Made by a program: the position numbers and the translations under genes. 49,227 nt of DNA, from positions 1 through 49,227 of the forward strand of contig DAIOSM010000004.1 in the NCBI GenBank assembly GCA_036752585.1. The letters run 5' to 3'. Below the pieces are notes generated by a model, which searched no databases, was not told the DNA's origin, and worked only from the letters and a program-made list of their open reading frames with translations. The DNA comes from Candidatus Nanopelagicaceae bacterium. Its GTDB lineage: Bacteria > Actinomycetota > Actinomycetes > Nanopelagicales > Nanopelagicaceae. Each line of letters starts with the position of its first letter. Within the stretch, counting starts at the first letter, position 1. Below are positions 39,451 to 49,227 of the stretch, one piece after another.

Positions 39451-40629
39451 CTATCCTCTCGCGCTCTTAGCGGTTCTCCGCGCCCGCAACTCTTCGGCAA
39501 TCTCTGGATCGCGGCGCAAAACACCAAGTACGTAACCAATTGCGATGAAGGTCGCTAACAATGATGAGCCACCGTAGGAGATGAATGGAAGGGTCACTCC
39601 AACCACAGGCATTACGCTTATAACGGTACCGATATTCATGATTACTTGAACGGCGATCCAACAACCAATACCTGCGGTTACATATCTATCAAAGCTATTC
39701 CGCGCCCTTAGGGCCACTCTGAAGATTCCTAGAATCAGAATTGCATACAGAACCAATACTGCTAACGTGCCCAGCAATCCCAGCTCTTCACCAATTACCG
39801 CGAAGATGAAATCCGTATGAGCCTCAGGAAGGTTTCCCCATTTCTGTTTGCTGGATCCCAACCCCGTACCTAGGGGTCCACCTGAGGCGAGACCCATAAT
39901 GCTATGAGCCTGTTGCCAGCCGGCGCTCTTGTAGTTCTCCTCTGAAAAGGGATCCCAGAATGCAGAGAAGCGACTTAAGCGATTTGGGCTAGTCAACACA
40001 AAACCAGCAAGTGCGACTATCCCTAGCGCAAAGAGAGTTGCAAAGAAGCGAGCTTGCATTCCAGCTATGAAGAGCATTCCGCCGACGATTCCAGCTATTA
40101 CAGCTGCAGTTCCCAGATCATTGCCCCACATAACAAGTGCGAGCACTATCGCGATTCCGGGAGCTACTAGTGGGAGCGGATTACTGACTCCACTCTCAGA
40201 CATGCGTTGATCATGTATCCGAAGACGTAATGCGCACCAGAGAATCAAGCCAAGTTTTGCAAACTCACTGGGTTGAATAGAGAGACTTCCGATTTGAATC
40301 CAGTTGGTGTTACCGCCTACCGTCTTTCCTAAGCCTGGAATCTGCGGAAGGGTTAGGAAGATCGCAGAAAAGATAAGGGCGAGGCGTGCCTGGGGCTTCC
40401 AAAGGCTCTCTTTCAAGTGCATCGCTAGCCAGGTAACGAGAATCGAAAGAGCTAAGAAGATCGCTTGGCGAAAGACGATTGCGAAAGAGTTGCCAGATTC
40501 ATTTAACGCCTTAACTGAGGATGCGCTCAAGACCATGACGATTCCAAGTGCAGAGAGAATTGAGACTGAGCCAAGAATTAAAAAATAGGCCGAGGCTGGC
40601 CTTGAGAAAAGTGAAGTCTTACTTGCCAT
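39451..40629 (-). CDS. ftsW: SEDS-family peptidoglycan glycosyltransferase FtsW
   Basis: 392 aa, about 10 TM segments. PSEFAKL, TDFIFA, LPFISYGGSS motifs. Confidence 0.93.
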   Translation of the reverse strand: MASKTSLFSRPASAYFLILGSVSILSALGIVMVLSASSVKALNESGNSFAIVFRQAIFLALSILVTWLAMHLKESLWKPQARLALIFSAIFLTLPQIPGLGKTVGGNTNWIQIGSLSIQPSEFAKLGLILWCALRLRIHDQRMSESGVSNPLPLVAPGIAIVLALVMWGNDLGTAAVIAGIVGGMLFIAGMQARFFATLFALGIVALAGFVLTSPNRLSRFSAFWDPFSEENYKSAGWQQAHSIMGLASGGPLGTGLGSSKQKWGNLPEAHTDFIFAVIGEELGLLGTLAVLVLYAILILGIFRVALRARNSFDRYVTAGIGCWIAVQVIMNIGTVISVMPVVGVTLPFISYGGSSLLATFIAIGYVLGVLRRDPEIAEELRARRTAKSARG

Positions 40630-42004
40630 CTACGAGCTCCTTGACGGCCGATGCAAAGAGATCGCCACGTTCGCCGTAGTTCTTAAATTGATCCATTGAT
40701 GCACACGCAGGAGCAAGGAGAACCGACTCGCCCGGTAGCGCCTTGGAGCGAGCAACTCTCACGACTTCCAACATCAGCTCTCTCCCCTTAAGTGATTGGT
40801 CGATGATTTGGTATTCAACCAGAGGGGCATGTTCTCTAAGCGCATCTTCAATTAGACGCGCGTCGGTCCCGATGAGAATCGCAAACTTGATTCGACTAGC
40901 GCCATCCTTTATCAGTTGATCCATCGAAGCGCCCTTGGCTAGACCACCAGCAATCCAAACAGAGCGTAACTGTGAACGAAGGGCAGCAAGTGCAGCATGA
41001 GGATTCGTGGCCTTGGAATCATCAATCCAAACGACACCGTCTTTTTCCAAAATGACCTCAAGTCTGTGATGATCTAAACGAAACTCTGAGATGGCCCCAC
41101 TTATTGAACCTGCATCTGCGCCAACTGATCGCGCGAGCCCGGCAGCGGCCATCGCATTCGAAACGTTATGCGGAACAGCTGGCTTGACTTGGTCGAGTTC
41201 GAAGAGAACTTCGGCGTCACCAGATACGAAGGCTCGATCGACAATCAAATTCTCAACTAGTCCTATTTGATGTGGCTTAGGAGTATCGAGCGTATAGGTG
41301 ATGAGCCGTGAATGAATACTCGCTAATTTTGTCGCAAGAGTTTCATCGTCGATGTTTGCGATCAATAGCTCGCTCATTTTCGATATAGATAATTTAGCCT
41401 CTGTGTAACTCTCGAAGCTACCATGCCAATCAATGTGATCATCGGCGATATTTAGAATTCCACTTGCTTTGAATCTCGCTTCCTTACTCCAGCTCAGTTG
41501 AAATGAGGAGAGTTCTAGAACGAGGATATCTATCTCCTTATCAGTGACGAGGTCAATTACTGGGTCGCCTACATTTCCGCATGCGCGAGCGCGGATACCA
41601 CTTCTCAGTAACATCGCCTCGGTCATCTGGACGGTCGTGGTCTTGCCGTTCGTGCCAGTCAGCGCAATCCACTGTTGAGCGGGATTCAACTCGCTCTTGA
41701 CTCTCCACGCCAGATCGATCTCTGAGATCAACTCGATTCCCGCAGAGCGAATCCGCTCTACCCAGGGATGATCTAACTTCCAACCAGGAGAGACAACCGC
41801 GAGAACAAAGTTCTGCAAATCAATCTCTGCAAAGTCCGTCGTTGCGCCACTTATCTCTTTCTCGTCAACTAGCTGAGTTTTGGCGCCACGAGATTCCAAA
41901 AATCTCATTACGGAGCTTCCGGTTACACCAGCCCCAATCACGAGCACTCTCTCGTTCTTCAGTGAATCTATGAAACCCACGTTATGCAACCACCCACTGC
42001 GCAT
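40619..42004 (-). CDS. murD: UDP-N-acetylmuramoylalanine--D-glutamate ligase
   Basis: [12 protein letters not shown]...[10 protein letters not shown]...; 461 aa. An alternative GTG start at 41980 is possible. Confidence 0.94.
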   Translation of the reverse strand: MRSGWLHNVGFIDSLKNERVLVIGAGVTGSSVMRFLESRGAKTQLVDEKEISGATTDFAEIDLQNFVLAVVSPGWKLDHPWVERIRSAGIELISEIDLAWRVKSELNPAQQWIALTGTNGKTTTVQMTEAMLLRSGIRARACGNVGDPVIDLVTDKEIDILVLELSSFQLSWSKEARFKASGILNIADDHIDWHGSFESYTEAKLSISKMSELLIANIDDETLATKLASIHSRLITYTLDTPKPHQIGLVENLIVDRAFVSGDAEVLFELDQVKPAVPHNVSNAMAAAGLARSVGADAGSISGAISEFRLDHHRLEVILEKDGVVWIDDSKATNPHAALAALRSQLRSVWIAGGLAKGASMDQLIKDGASRIKFAILIGTDARLIEDALREHAPLVEYQIIDQSLKGRELMLEVVRVARSKALPGESVLLAPACASMDQFKNYGERGDLFASAVKELVDGK

Positions 42005-43037
42005 AGAAGAGTCCCAAACCAGCGGCTACGCATAGCCCTGCGATGATCCAGAATCGAATGACGATTGTCACTTCGCCCCAGCCGAGGAGTTCAAAGTGAT
42101 GTTGCAGTGGTGCCATCTTGAAGACTCGTTTTCCGCCTGAGACTTTGAAGTAAGTGGTTTGAATGATCACCGAGAGCGTGATGATTACAAATAATCCACC
42201 AATTGGAATCAAGAGAAGTTCGGTACGAAGCGTCATTGCCAAGCCCGCTAGCGCGCCACCAAGAGCAAGAGAGCCGGTATCACCCATGAAGATTCGTGCT
42301 GGCGAGGCGTTCCACCAGAGGAAGCCAGCGCAGGCTCCAGCTAGAGCTGCCGCCAGAACCGCCATATCCAGCGGATCCCTTGCGTTGTAGCAATTTGTTA
42401 CGACGATCTCGCAACGCTGGCCAAATTTCCAAACACCGATTAGAACAAAGGCCAAGAAAGACATAATCGCTGCACCAGTAGCAAGACCATCCAAACCATC
42501 GGTTAAGTTCACGCCATTGCTCGTTCCGAGAACTAGAAGAATCGCCCAGAGAATTACTAGAACCAAGCCGAGCTTGATTGTCGTATCCCTAACGGTTGAT
42601 AGATAGAGAGATAACGGAGTGTTTCCAACCTCATCTGGGAACTTAGTTGCGAAGTATCCAAAGACACCGGCGACAAGCGCTTGGCCAAAGAGCTTCTCAC
42701 GCGCACGCAACCCGAGCGACCTCTGCTTAACTACTTTAAGCCAATCATCTAAGAACCCTACGGCAGCCAACCCAATAATCAAGCCGATGACCAAGAGCGC
42801 TGAGGTCGTTACTGGAACGCCGGTAGCAAAATGCGAAATGAAGTAAGCCGATAGCGCCGAGAAAATTAAAACTGCCCCGCCCATTGTCGGAGTTCCACGT
42901 TTGACGTGATGCGTCTTGGGACCGTCATCCCTAATCTGTTGGCCATAACCTCGCCTGGCTAAGAACTTGATGAACAACGGTGTGAGAAAGAAGCTAAGCA
43001 AGAAGGCTAAAGCCCCAGCAATCAATATGCCTCTCAA
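41982..43037 (-). CDS. mraY: Phospho-N-acetylmuramoyl-pentapeptide transferase
   Basis: [11 protein letters not shown]...[21 protein letters not shown]...[11 protein letters not shown] place the start at TTG 43037, which forms a TTGA overlap with the murF stop and has SD AAGGAG 7 nt upstream. The N-terminus then matches Mtb MurX MRQILIA. The track's start at 43064 has no usable SD. Confidence 0.94.
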   Translation of the reverse strand: MRGILIAGALAFLLSFFLTPLFIKFLARRGYGQQIRDDGPKTHHVKRGTPTMGGAVLIFSALSAYFISHFATGVPVTTSALLVIGLIIGLAAVGFLDDWLKVVKQRSLGLRAREKLFGQALVAGVFGYFATKFPDEVGNTPLSLYLSTVRDTTIKLGLVLVILWAILLVLGTSNGVNLTDGLDGLATGAAIMSFLAFVLIGVWKFGQRCEIVVTNCYNARDPLDMAVLAAALAGACAGFLWWNASPARIFMGDTGSLALGGALAGLAMTLRTELLLIPIGGLFVIITLSVIIQTTYFKVSGGKRVFKMAPLQHHFELLGWGEVTIVIRFWIIAGLCVAAGLGLFYAQWVVA

Positions 43038-44416
43038 AGTTCCACTCCTTCTCTCTCTTCCCAACTCTTAACGATTTGATCTGCAATCTCCTCAAGGCGC
43101 TCTGCTCTTGATGCTTTCACTAGAACTACATCGCCTGCATCGAATCGCTCGAAAAGCTCAACAGCCTTAGCGCGATCTGGATAGAAATGTATGGTCGTGC
43201 TCTTTGCAATCTCATCGGATATATAGCTCTGCTCTCCGATGATGACAAGGTGATCTATCCCAAGCTCCCCCGATAGAACTCCAATCTGGCGGTGTAACTG
43301 ATCTGATTCTTTGCCGAGTTCATGCATCTTCGCCAGGAAAGCCCAGGAATTTCCGCCCCGTTCCTGAGTTAAGAGCGTCAAAGTTCGTAGCGCTGCAGAC
43401 ATGCTCTCTGGATTTGCATTGTAAGAGTCATTGATAAGAGTCAGGCCGCCTAACTCTCGCAACTCCATCCGCCATTTGCTGACGCTCTGATGGGTCGATA
43501 GAGCCGCCGCAATTTCGGCAGTCGAAACTCCTACAGCGTATGCAGCTGTTGCTGCTGCCAGAGCATTCGGAACTTGGTGCATTCCCAGTAATTGGAGTTC
43601 TACATGCTCTCGGCCTTCTGGCGTGACGAGATCGAAAGCTGGAAAGCCTCCATGTAGCTCCAGATCTGCGGCCCTTACCGAACAGGCTGTGCTCTCTCCA
43701 AAGGTCAGGGTCTTAACAGTCGAATTCGCATTCATTTTTGGTGTGAATTCATCGTAGGTTCCAAGGACCGCAGTAGCTCCAGATTTCAAACCTCTAATCA
43801 ACTCGCCTTTTGTCTCGGCTATTTTCTCCCGGGAACCAAACTCCCCTAGGTGGGCACTCCCCACCTTCAGCACGACTCCGACATCAGGAGTGGCCAAATC
43901 GGTTAGGCGTGCGATGTCACCAAGATGACGTGCGCCCATCTCAAGGATGCAGTACTGCGTGCTCTCCTTACATCTGAGCAGAGTTATTGGTACGCCAATT
44001 TCATTGTTATATGAGCCGATTGGAGCGATGCTCTCGCCTTGGGAAGAAAGAATTGATTGCAACATATCTTTGGTCGTGGTTTTGCCCTGAGAGCCGGTTA
44101 TTGCGATGACCTTCAAATCACCCAAGCGAATTCTCACCTCAGTCGCTAACTTTGCGATCGCTTGTAATACATCAGCAACAATTACATGATTTCCGGTGAC
44201 GGTCCTAGTGACAATCGATAAAACAGCGCCATTCTTAATGGCAGATTCCACGAAATCATGTCCATCTCTTGACTCTCCCTTCAGGGCGAGAAATACCGAG
44301 CCAGGCGTTACGTCTCTTGAGTCGAATTGAAAATCTCCATCAACTTGTAAGTCACTGTCTCCGTGGTATTCGCCCCCCATGATCTCGGCGATTTCAGTGG
44401 CGGCCATCTTGATCAT
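43034..44416 (-). CDS. murF: UDP-MurNAc-tripeptide--D-alanyl-D-alanine ligase
   Basis: [13 protein letters not shown]...; 460 aa; ATGA overlap with murE. Confidence 0.94.
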   Translation of the reverse strand: MIKMAATEIAEIMGGEYHGDSDLQVDGDFQFDSRDVTPGSVFLALKGESRDGHDFVESAIKNGAVLSIVTRTVTGNHVIVADVLQAIAKLATEVRIRLGDLKVIAITGSQGKTTTKDMLQSILSSQGESIAPIGSYNNEIGVPITLLRCKESTQYCILEMGARHLGDIARLTDLATPDVGVVLKVGSAHLGEFGSREKIAETKGELIRGLKSGATAVLGTYDEFTPKMNANSTVKTLTFGESTACSVRAADLELHGGFPAFDLVTPEGREHVELQLLGMHQVPNALAAATAAYAVGVSTAEIAAALSTHQSVSKWRMELRELGGLTLINDSYNANPESMSAALRTLTLLTQERGGNSWAFLAKMHELGKESDQLHRQIGVLSGELGIDHLVIIGEQSYISDEIAKSTTIHFYPDRAKAVELFERFDAGDVVLVKASRAERLEEIADQIVKSWEEREGVEL

Positions 44417-45918
44417 GCTCGACCCCCAAGGGCCTGCTTCAATTCCTCAACATCGCTAAATGGAATCTTTGCGCCATTTATCTCTTGTCCTGTTTCGTGT
44501 CCCTTGCCAAGGATCAGGACGATATCGCCAGGCTGAGCAAGTTCTATCGCTCGATTGATTGCGCCTCTGCGATCGACGATTATCTCTGCTCCCTCTTTCA
44601 ACTCTAGCCCTGAAGTCATCTCATTGATGATCTTCTCCGGAGCCTCACTCCTAGGATTATCACTCGTAAATATAGGTAGGTCTGCGCCACTGTTTAGCGC
44701 GATGCCCATCTTTGGTCGTTTGCTCGAATCCCGGTCTCCGCCACAACCTAATACTGCGATTACTCTTTTGCCTCCTTGCGCTCTAACAGCTTCAAGAACT
44801 CGCGTTACCGCATCAGGCGTGTGGGCATAATCAACTAGAACTTTGAAGCCAATTGATTCACTTACGGGGGAAATAACCCGCTCTAACCTGCCGGGCGCAC
44901 CGGTCAAAGTAGGAAGTGATGCTGCAATGACCAAGGGATCGATTCCGCTTTTGTAGGCGATCGAGATTGCTAAAAGCAGGTTCTCAAGATTGTGACGACC
45001 GATGAGATTGAAATTATTCTCAATTGAGATTCCATCTGGTCCCCGGAGAAGAAAATCGAAGCCATTGTCGCTGCTCTCTAACCGTTCGAAATACCAATTT
45101 GCTTTACCCAAGGTTGAAATCGACTCCTTGGGAATTGAGACTTCTTCCCATAAACGTTTACCGTATTCGCTATCGATTGAAATTATGGCGAGATCGGCAT
45201 AGTCATGAGTGAACAAGGAACGTTTCGCTTGAAAGTAATTCTCCATCGTCTGGTGATAGTCGAGATGATCCTGCGTTAGATTTGTGAAGCCAACCGCTTG
45301 AAAGTGAATGGACTTCGCGCGCTCTTGAACCAGCGCGTGGCTGCTGACTTCCATCGCAACCCCCCGCACTCCTTCTTCCTTCATAAGTGCGAGCAATCGC
45401 TGTAGTTCATCGCTCTCGGGCGTCGTGTGCGTGGCCGGGATCATCGCCTCACCAACTTTGATGCCAACAGTTCCGATTAACCCCGATTTATATTGAGCAA
45501 AACTCCAGATCTGTTCTAAGAGATGAGTAGTGGTGGTCTTGCCATTAGTTCCAGTTACTCCGGCGACGAATAGAGATTTACTTGGTTCACCGTAGAACCA
45601 CGCCGCTACTAAGCCGCAAATGGAGCGGGGCTTCGACACCACTAATCGGGGGATAGCAGGAGCGATGCGGGAGGCAACCTCATCGCCTTGCTGATCAGTG
45701 AGTATCGCCCTCGCGCCCCGTTCCAATGCGGTTGGAAGGAATGCGCTTCCATGGTTTCGCTCACCAGGAAGTGCGATAAAAAGATCGCCATTCTCAATCG
45801 AACGCGAATCACTGCAAACTCCAGTTATCTGCTGATCCCTCTCAAATGAGGCTTCAATTCCCAAGTAGTTCGCCAACTGGGAGAGGCTTCGCTCTCTAGC
45901 GCTCTTGGGGCGACTCAT
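44413..45918 (-). CDS. murE: UDP-MurNAc-L-Ala-D-Glu--2,6-diaminopimelate ligase
   Basis: [14 protein letters not shown]...DYAHTPDA...DNPR motifs; 501 aa. Confidence 0.95.
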   Translation of the reverse strand: MSRPKSARERSLSQLANYLGIEASFERDQQITGVCSDSRSIENGDLFIALPGERNHGSAFLPTALERGARAILTDQQGDEVASRIAPAIPRLVVSKPRSICGLVAAWFYGEPSKSLFVAGVTGTNGKTTTTHLLEQIWSFAQYKSGLIGTVGIKVGEAMIPATHTTPESDELQRLLALMKEEGVRGVAMEVSSHALVQERAKSIHFQAVGFTNLTQDHLDYHQTMENYFQAKRSLFTHDYADLAIISIDSEYGKRLWEEVSIPKESISTLGKANWYFERLESSDNGFDFLLRGPDGISIENNFNLIGRHNLENLLLAISIAYKSGIDPLVIAASLPTLTGAPGRLERVISPVSESIGFKVLVDYAHTPDAVTRVLEAVRAQGGKRVIAVLGCGGDRDSSKRPKMGIALNSGADLPIFTSDNPRSEAPEKIINEMTSGLELKEGAEIIVDRRGAINRAIELAQPGDIVLILGKGHETGQEINGAKIPFSDVEELKQALGGRA

Positions 45919-47747
45919 CAGCGGTTCCGCTTTGGCTGATTCGCTTCGGCAGCTTGCTCTGCTGCAATCTTCTTCTTCAGAGCTTTCTCATCAAGCGCAT
46001 AGAGGGAGTCTGACTTTGCGGTTGGAGGAATGTGTTGATCCTTCAATACGAAGCTCATCACCTCTTTGAAAACAGGCCCACCTAGGTAACCACCGTAGTA
46101 GATGCCCTTTGGATCTTGGATTGTCACACTGGCCACGAACTTCGGTTCATCAGCCGGCGCGAAACCGATGAATGAAGCCGTGTATCCGCGATAACAACCA
46201 CAACTGTCATCAACTCTTTGGGCAGTACCAGTCTTTCCAGCAACTCGATAGCCAGGAATTGCAGCGCCAGGAGCAGTTCCTGCAGCAGAAACGACGCTCT
46301 CCATCATCAATCTCATCTTCAAGGCAGTCTCGCTGCTGATTACACGCTGTGAATCTTGTTCATTTGCTGGCGTGTATCTACCGGCTGCATCACTAATTCC
46401 TGCAATCAAGGTTGGAGTTACGCGCACTCCGTCGTTAGCGATTGTTGCGAAGATTGAAGTGGCCTGCATCGCTGTTACCGAGTATCCCTGTCCGAATGCG
46501 ACAGTAGGAGCAGTGGTACCGGACCAATCCTTAACTTCTAGAAGCTTGCCGGATTCCTCGCCAGGTAGACCAGAACCGGTCTTTGTCGCAACGCCAAACT
46601 TCTTGAGATAGGTGAAGAGCTTCTCATTTGTGATCATCTCGCCGATCTTTATTGACGCTGTATTGCTTGATTGTGCAAGAGCGCCGGCCAAAGTTAATTT
46701 CAATACTGGGTGCGGGTCGTGATCCTTGAAAACCTTGTTGGCCCGCTTCAGTTTGTAGGGAACTGTCATTACCGTCTCTGGCTCGATCTTCCCCTCTTCC
46801 ATCGCAGCTGCGATGGTCACGATCTTTCCGGTGGAGCCTGGTTCATATACCTCTTGAACTGATGGGTTTTTCCAACGATAGGGATCAACGCCTTGAGTCT
46901 TGCCGGGAGTGAAAGATGGGTAAGTAGCATGAGCGACGACCTGACCTGTTGCAGGATCCATAACAATTACAGTTCCCGAGAGCGCACGCGCCTTCTTTAC
47001 CGCCTTCCTAATCGCTTCTTGTGCTACCCATTGGATATCACGATCAATCGTTAGGTGAATTGTGTTTCCTTTACGCTCTTCGGCGGTTATCTTCTGAGTC
47101 CCAGGAATGATCGTTCCACCGGCGTTGGAGTATGTGTATTCACCATTGACTCCTGCCAGAGTCGAGTTCATGCTGTATTCAAGACCAGCCGCTCCGTTGC
47201 CCTCTTGGTTTACAAATCCGACAACAGCTGCACCTAATTCACCCTCTGGATACTCGCGGGCATAGATCCTTTCAGCGAAGAATCCGGAGAGACGTTTGCT
47301 AAATCCGCCCTCGCTCTCCATAACGGCAGCGTTGTAATCCTCCACCGCTCTTTGAAGTTCCCGCCAGACCGCCGGTTTAACACTCTTGCTGATTACTACA
47401 TACCTTCTATCGCCGATTAGTTGTGGGAGGAGATCTTCTTCTTTGATGTCGAGAATTGGAGCCGCGAGCTTCGCAAGTTTCTTTGGATAATCGATTATTG
47501 CCTGATCTACCAAGATCCGATACGAGATGACGCTCCTTGCAAACTCGATTCCGTTGATGTCGGTAATTGCACCACGCGGGGCCAAGATGATTGATTTCTT
47601 CGCCAATTCAGCATCTGCCCGATTCGCATATCCAGCAGCACGAACCGCCTGCACATCTACTAGGCGAACCGCAAAGGCCACGAGCAATACGAGAGAGATC
47701 GCTACTAGATAGCGGATGCGGCGCAGCGAGAGAACGTCGTGTGGCAT
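45918..47747 (-). CDS. ftsI: Class B penicillin-binding protein, septal transpeptidase (FtsI/PbpB)
   Basis: N-terminal TM segment, STGK, SSN and KTGTA active-site motifs; 609 aa. Confidence 0.93.
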   Translation of the reverse strand: MPHDVLSLRRIRYLVAISLVLLVAFAVRLVDVQAVRAAGYANRADAELAKKSIILAPRGAITDINGIEFARSVISYRILVDQAIIDYPKKLAKLAAPILDIKEEDLLPQLIGDRRYVVISKSVKPAVWRELQRAVEDYNAAVMESEGGFSKRLSGFFAERIYAREYPEGELGAAVVGFVNQEGNGAAGLEYSMNSTLAGVNGEYTYSNAGGTIIPGTQKITAEERKGNTIHLTIDRDIQWVAQEAIRKAVKKARALSGTVIVMDPATGQVVAHATYPSFTPGKTQGVDPYRWKNPSVQEVYEPGSTGKIVTIAAAMEEGKIEPETVMTVPYKLKRANKVFKDHDPHPVLKLTLAGALAQSSNTASIKIGEMITNEKLFTYLKKFGVATKTGSGLPGEESGKLLEVKDWSGTTAPTVAFGQGYSVTAMQATSIFATIANDGVRVTPTLIAGISDAAGRYTPANEQDSQRVISSETALKMRLMMESVVSAAGTAPGAAIPGYRVAGKTGTAQRVDDSCGCYRGYTASFIGFAPADEPKFVASVTIQDPKGIYYGGYLGGPVFKEVMSFVLKDQHIPPTAKSDSLYALDEKALKKKIAAEQAAEANQPKRNR

Positions 47748-48152
47748 TTAAGGCTTCACCTTCGGTTCGACGGTCTCTGTGAGATCAAGGAATCTCGGAG
47801 TGGTGCTGGGGACCATCCCTAGAGCTGTAGCCCGGGCAGCGAGGTTCTCAGGTGTTGAAATTCGAGCCACTTCACGTAAGGCAGCTTCGCGCTCTTCGTT
47901 GATTGCGATTGCCTCTAGCTTTAACTCGCGGATCTTCACTGCATCATTTCCGAGCAAGATATTTATGCCAAGTAGTCCAAGCAAGCCGAGCGAGAGAATG
48001 AATCCGATCAATCCGTAGAAGAGTCGATCGCTAGCCTGCTCTCCCGGAGTCGGCTTTAAATCTGGAACTAGACGAAGGACAGCTCGGGTTGAGCGGTCAA
48101 CTACAGCTTTCCGAGACTTTGCTACAGCCGGTGCGAGAGCGGATAGCGCCAT
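47748..48152 (-). CDS. ftsL: FtsL-like bitopic cell division protein
   Basis: 134 aa, one TM helix followed by a coiled coil (IRELKLEAIAINEEREAALREV). Position between rsmH and ftsI. Confidence 0.7.
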   Translation of the reverse strand: MALSALAPAVAKSRKAVVDRSTRAVLRLVPDLKPTPGEQASDRLFYGLIGFILSLGLLGLLGINILLGNDAVKIRELKLEAIAINEEREAALREVARISTPENLAARATALGMVPSTTPRFLDLTETVEPKVKP

Positions 48153-49111
48153 TAGATCGCCACCCGCTCAATCGCACGTAACCGGACGGATTGCGCACGG
48201 GAATTCATCTCTATCTCTTCCGAGCTAGCACCTTCGCTGCCGCGAAATACCAATTGATATTTCGCTTTCAAATGATCGATTTCTATTGGGAGTCCCTTAG
48301 GGCTCTTCGACTCAGAGGCCGTTACGAATACCTGCTTTACAATTTTGTCTTCTAGGGATTGGAAAGACATTACGACCGCTCTCCCGCCGACCTTTAGAAG
48401 ACTTAGCGCTTTAGGGAGAGCTCTTTCAAGAGTTGCTAACTCTTGATTTACTTCGATACGAATCGCTTGGAAAGTTCTCTTTGCTGGATTCCCGCCGATC
48501 CTTCTAGCTGGGGCTGGGATGCTGGCCTTAACGATCTCGGCAAGATCGGTCGTGGTTTTCAGCGCTCCTGAGTTGCGAGCTTTGATGATGTTATCGACGA
48601 TTCGAGGCGCAAATCGCTCCTCTCCATACACGCGCAAGATCCGAACAAGATCCTCTTTTGAGTAGCCATCGAGAACATCTTTGGCGGTAATCCCAGAACT
48701 CTTATCCATACGCATATCTAGCGGAGCGGTATTGGAATAGGAGAAGCCACGATCTATTTGATCCAATTGGAGTGAAGAGACTCCTAAGTCAAAGAGAATT
48801 CCATCGACACCATCAATCCCCAAGTCCTTGAGGACTTCTGGCATCTGGTCGTAGACAGCATGAACAACTTTGAAACGTGCGCCGAACTTTGCTAACCGAG
48901 CCGATGCAAGACTTATTGCTTCTTTATCGCGATCAAAGCCAACGATTCGAAGATTTGGGAATCTCTCTAGAAGAGCTTCAGTGTGGCCACCAAGTCCAAG
49001 AGTTGCATCCACAACGATTGGGTTTGGACTTCTATCAATTGAAGGAGTGAGAAGCGTGATGCAGCGCTCTAGCATCACAGGCTGGTGAATCATCTTCCCC
49101 TCTTTCATCAT
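48152..49111 (-). CDS. rsmH: 16S rRNA (cytosine1402-N4)-methyltransferase RsmH/MraW
   Basis: HQPVMLERC...DATLGLGGH...FDLGVSS.QLD. In-frame ATGs at 49111, 49108 and 49093 are all preceded by G/A-rich tracts, so the start is ambiguous by 6 codons. Confidence 0.94.
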   Translation of the reverse strand: MMKEGKMIHQPVMLERCITLLTPSIDRSPNPIVVDATLGLGGHTEALLERFPNLRIVGFDRDKEAISLASARLAKFGARFKVVHAVYDQMPEVLKDLGIDGVDGILFDLGVSSLQLDQIDRGFSYSNTAPLDMRMDKSSGITAKDVLDGYSKEDLVRILRVYGEERFAPRIVDNIIKARNSGALKTTTDLAEIVKASIPAPARRIGGNPAKRTFQAIRIEVNQELATLERALPKALSLLKVGGRAVVMSFQSLEDKIVKQVFVTASESKSPKGLPIEIDHLKAKYQLVFRGSEGASSEEIEMNSRAQSVRLRAIERVAI

Positions 49112-49138
49112 CTTCCCTAATTCCCATCCCCTCCTCTG

Positions 49139-49224
49139 CTCTGGTCACCGCCGGCCGACGGATCTGGGGGTCGAGCGGCGCCGGGGAAGGGGCGTCGCTC
49201 GCTGAAGGTCGGCGGTGGCCAGAG
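49139..49224 (-). promoter_or_regulatory. GC-rich extended hairpin in the rsmH (mraW) 5' leader; candidate mraW RNA motif
   Basis: Outer helix 49139-49152 and 49157-49159 pairs with 49208-49224. Inner 11-bp helix 49172-49182 pairs with 49191-49201. Terminal loop is CCUUCCCC. Local GC is far above the window average, and it lies upstream of mraW in an actinobacterial dcw cluster. Confidence 0.5.
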
Positions 49225-49227
49225 AAG

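Noticed and set aside
39447-39539. Upstream extensions of murG (TTG 39539), mraY (TTG 43064) and yggS (ATG 34325).
   Set aside because: Each would overlap the preceding gene by 27-89 nt and would add non-conserved residues. Downstream starts with SDs and GTGA/TTGA stop-start overlaps give N-termini matching known orthologues.
49037-49127. 30-codon ORF (MGIREDDERGEDDSPACDARALHHASHSFN) starting at the GGAGGGG-AUG upstream of rsmH and overlapping it out of frame.
   Set aside because: The SD-to-AUG spacing is only 2 nt. The peptide has no recognisable features, and the ORF is most simply a by-product of the purine-rich rsmH initiation region. It is mentioned only as context for the stuttered start.
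1-49227. Search for CRISPR arrays, IS or transposon ends, integrases, toxin-antitoxin pairs, restriction-modification or other defence genes, and prophage remnants.
   Set aside because: Every ORF longer than 90 aa on the coding strand has a clear housekeeping assignment. Intergenic spacers are 303 nt or shorter. I saw no repeat-spacer periodicity or terminal inverted repeats.

Overview
Core-chromosome window from a compact actinobacterium with moderate GC (roughly 45-50% by eye). The composition and tight packing suggest a streamlined freshwater lineage such as acI/Nanopelagicales, but that is inference only. There are 42 protein genes, 41 of them on the minus strand; only ileS is on plus. 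Gene order follows the conserved actinobacterial block: liv SBP, pdtaR, tRNA, pyk, gltDB, VIT, lgt, dsbA-like, trpABCE, hisI/F, priA, hisHBCD, dnaE, rluD, lspA, dksA-like, then ileS on the opposite strand, then kynA-kynU, yggT, sepF, yggS, pgeF, ftsZ, ftsQ, murC, murG, ftsW, murD, mraY, murF, murE, ftsI, ftsL, rsmH. I found no mobile element, CRISPR array, defence island, pseudogene or obvious foreign DNA, so I cannot point to a large new multi-gene system. The notable signals are small RNA- or translation-level features. (1) A 73-nt tRNA has a Leu-type acceptor and D arm and anticodon CAA but no long variable arm, and it ends 1 nt before the pdtaR start codon. (2) A 14-nt tandem repeat between lspA and rluD creates a chain of two 5-codon mini-ORFs joined by ATGA stop/start overlaps. 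(3) An Ile T-box leader with a short Stem I and an SD-sequestering helix moves the ileS start to 27602. (4) A GC-rich 86-nt hairpin upstream of rsmH is a candidate mraW RNA motif, and its loop is complementary to the rsmH RBS. (5) A DksA-type zinc-finger protein carries a histone-H1-like AKKAP-repeat N-terminus. (6) kynU-kynA sit where divIVA/wag31 normally lies. Several ORF-track starts (ileS, murG, mraY, yggS, VIT) look over-extended and are re-set below.
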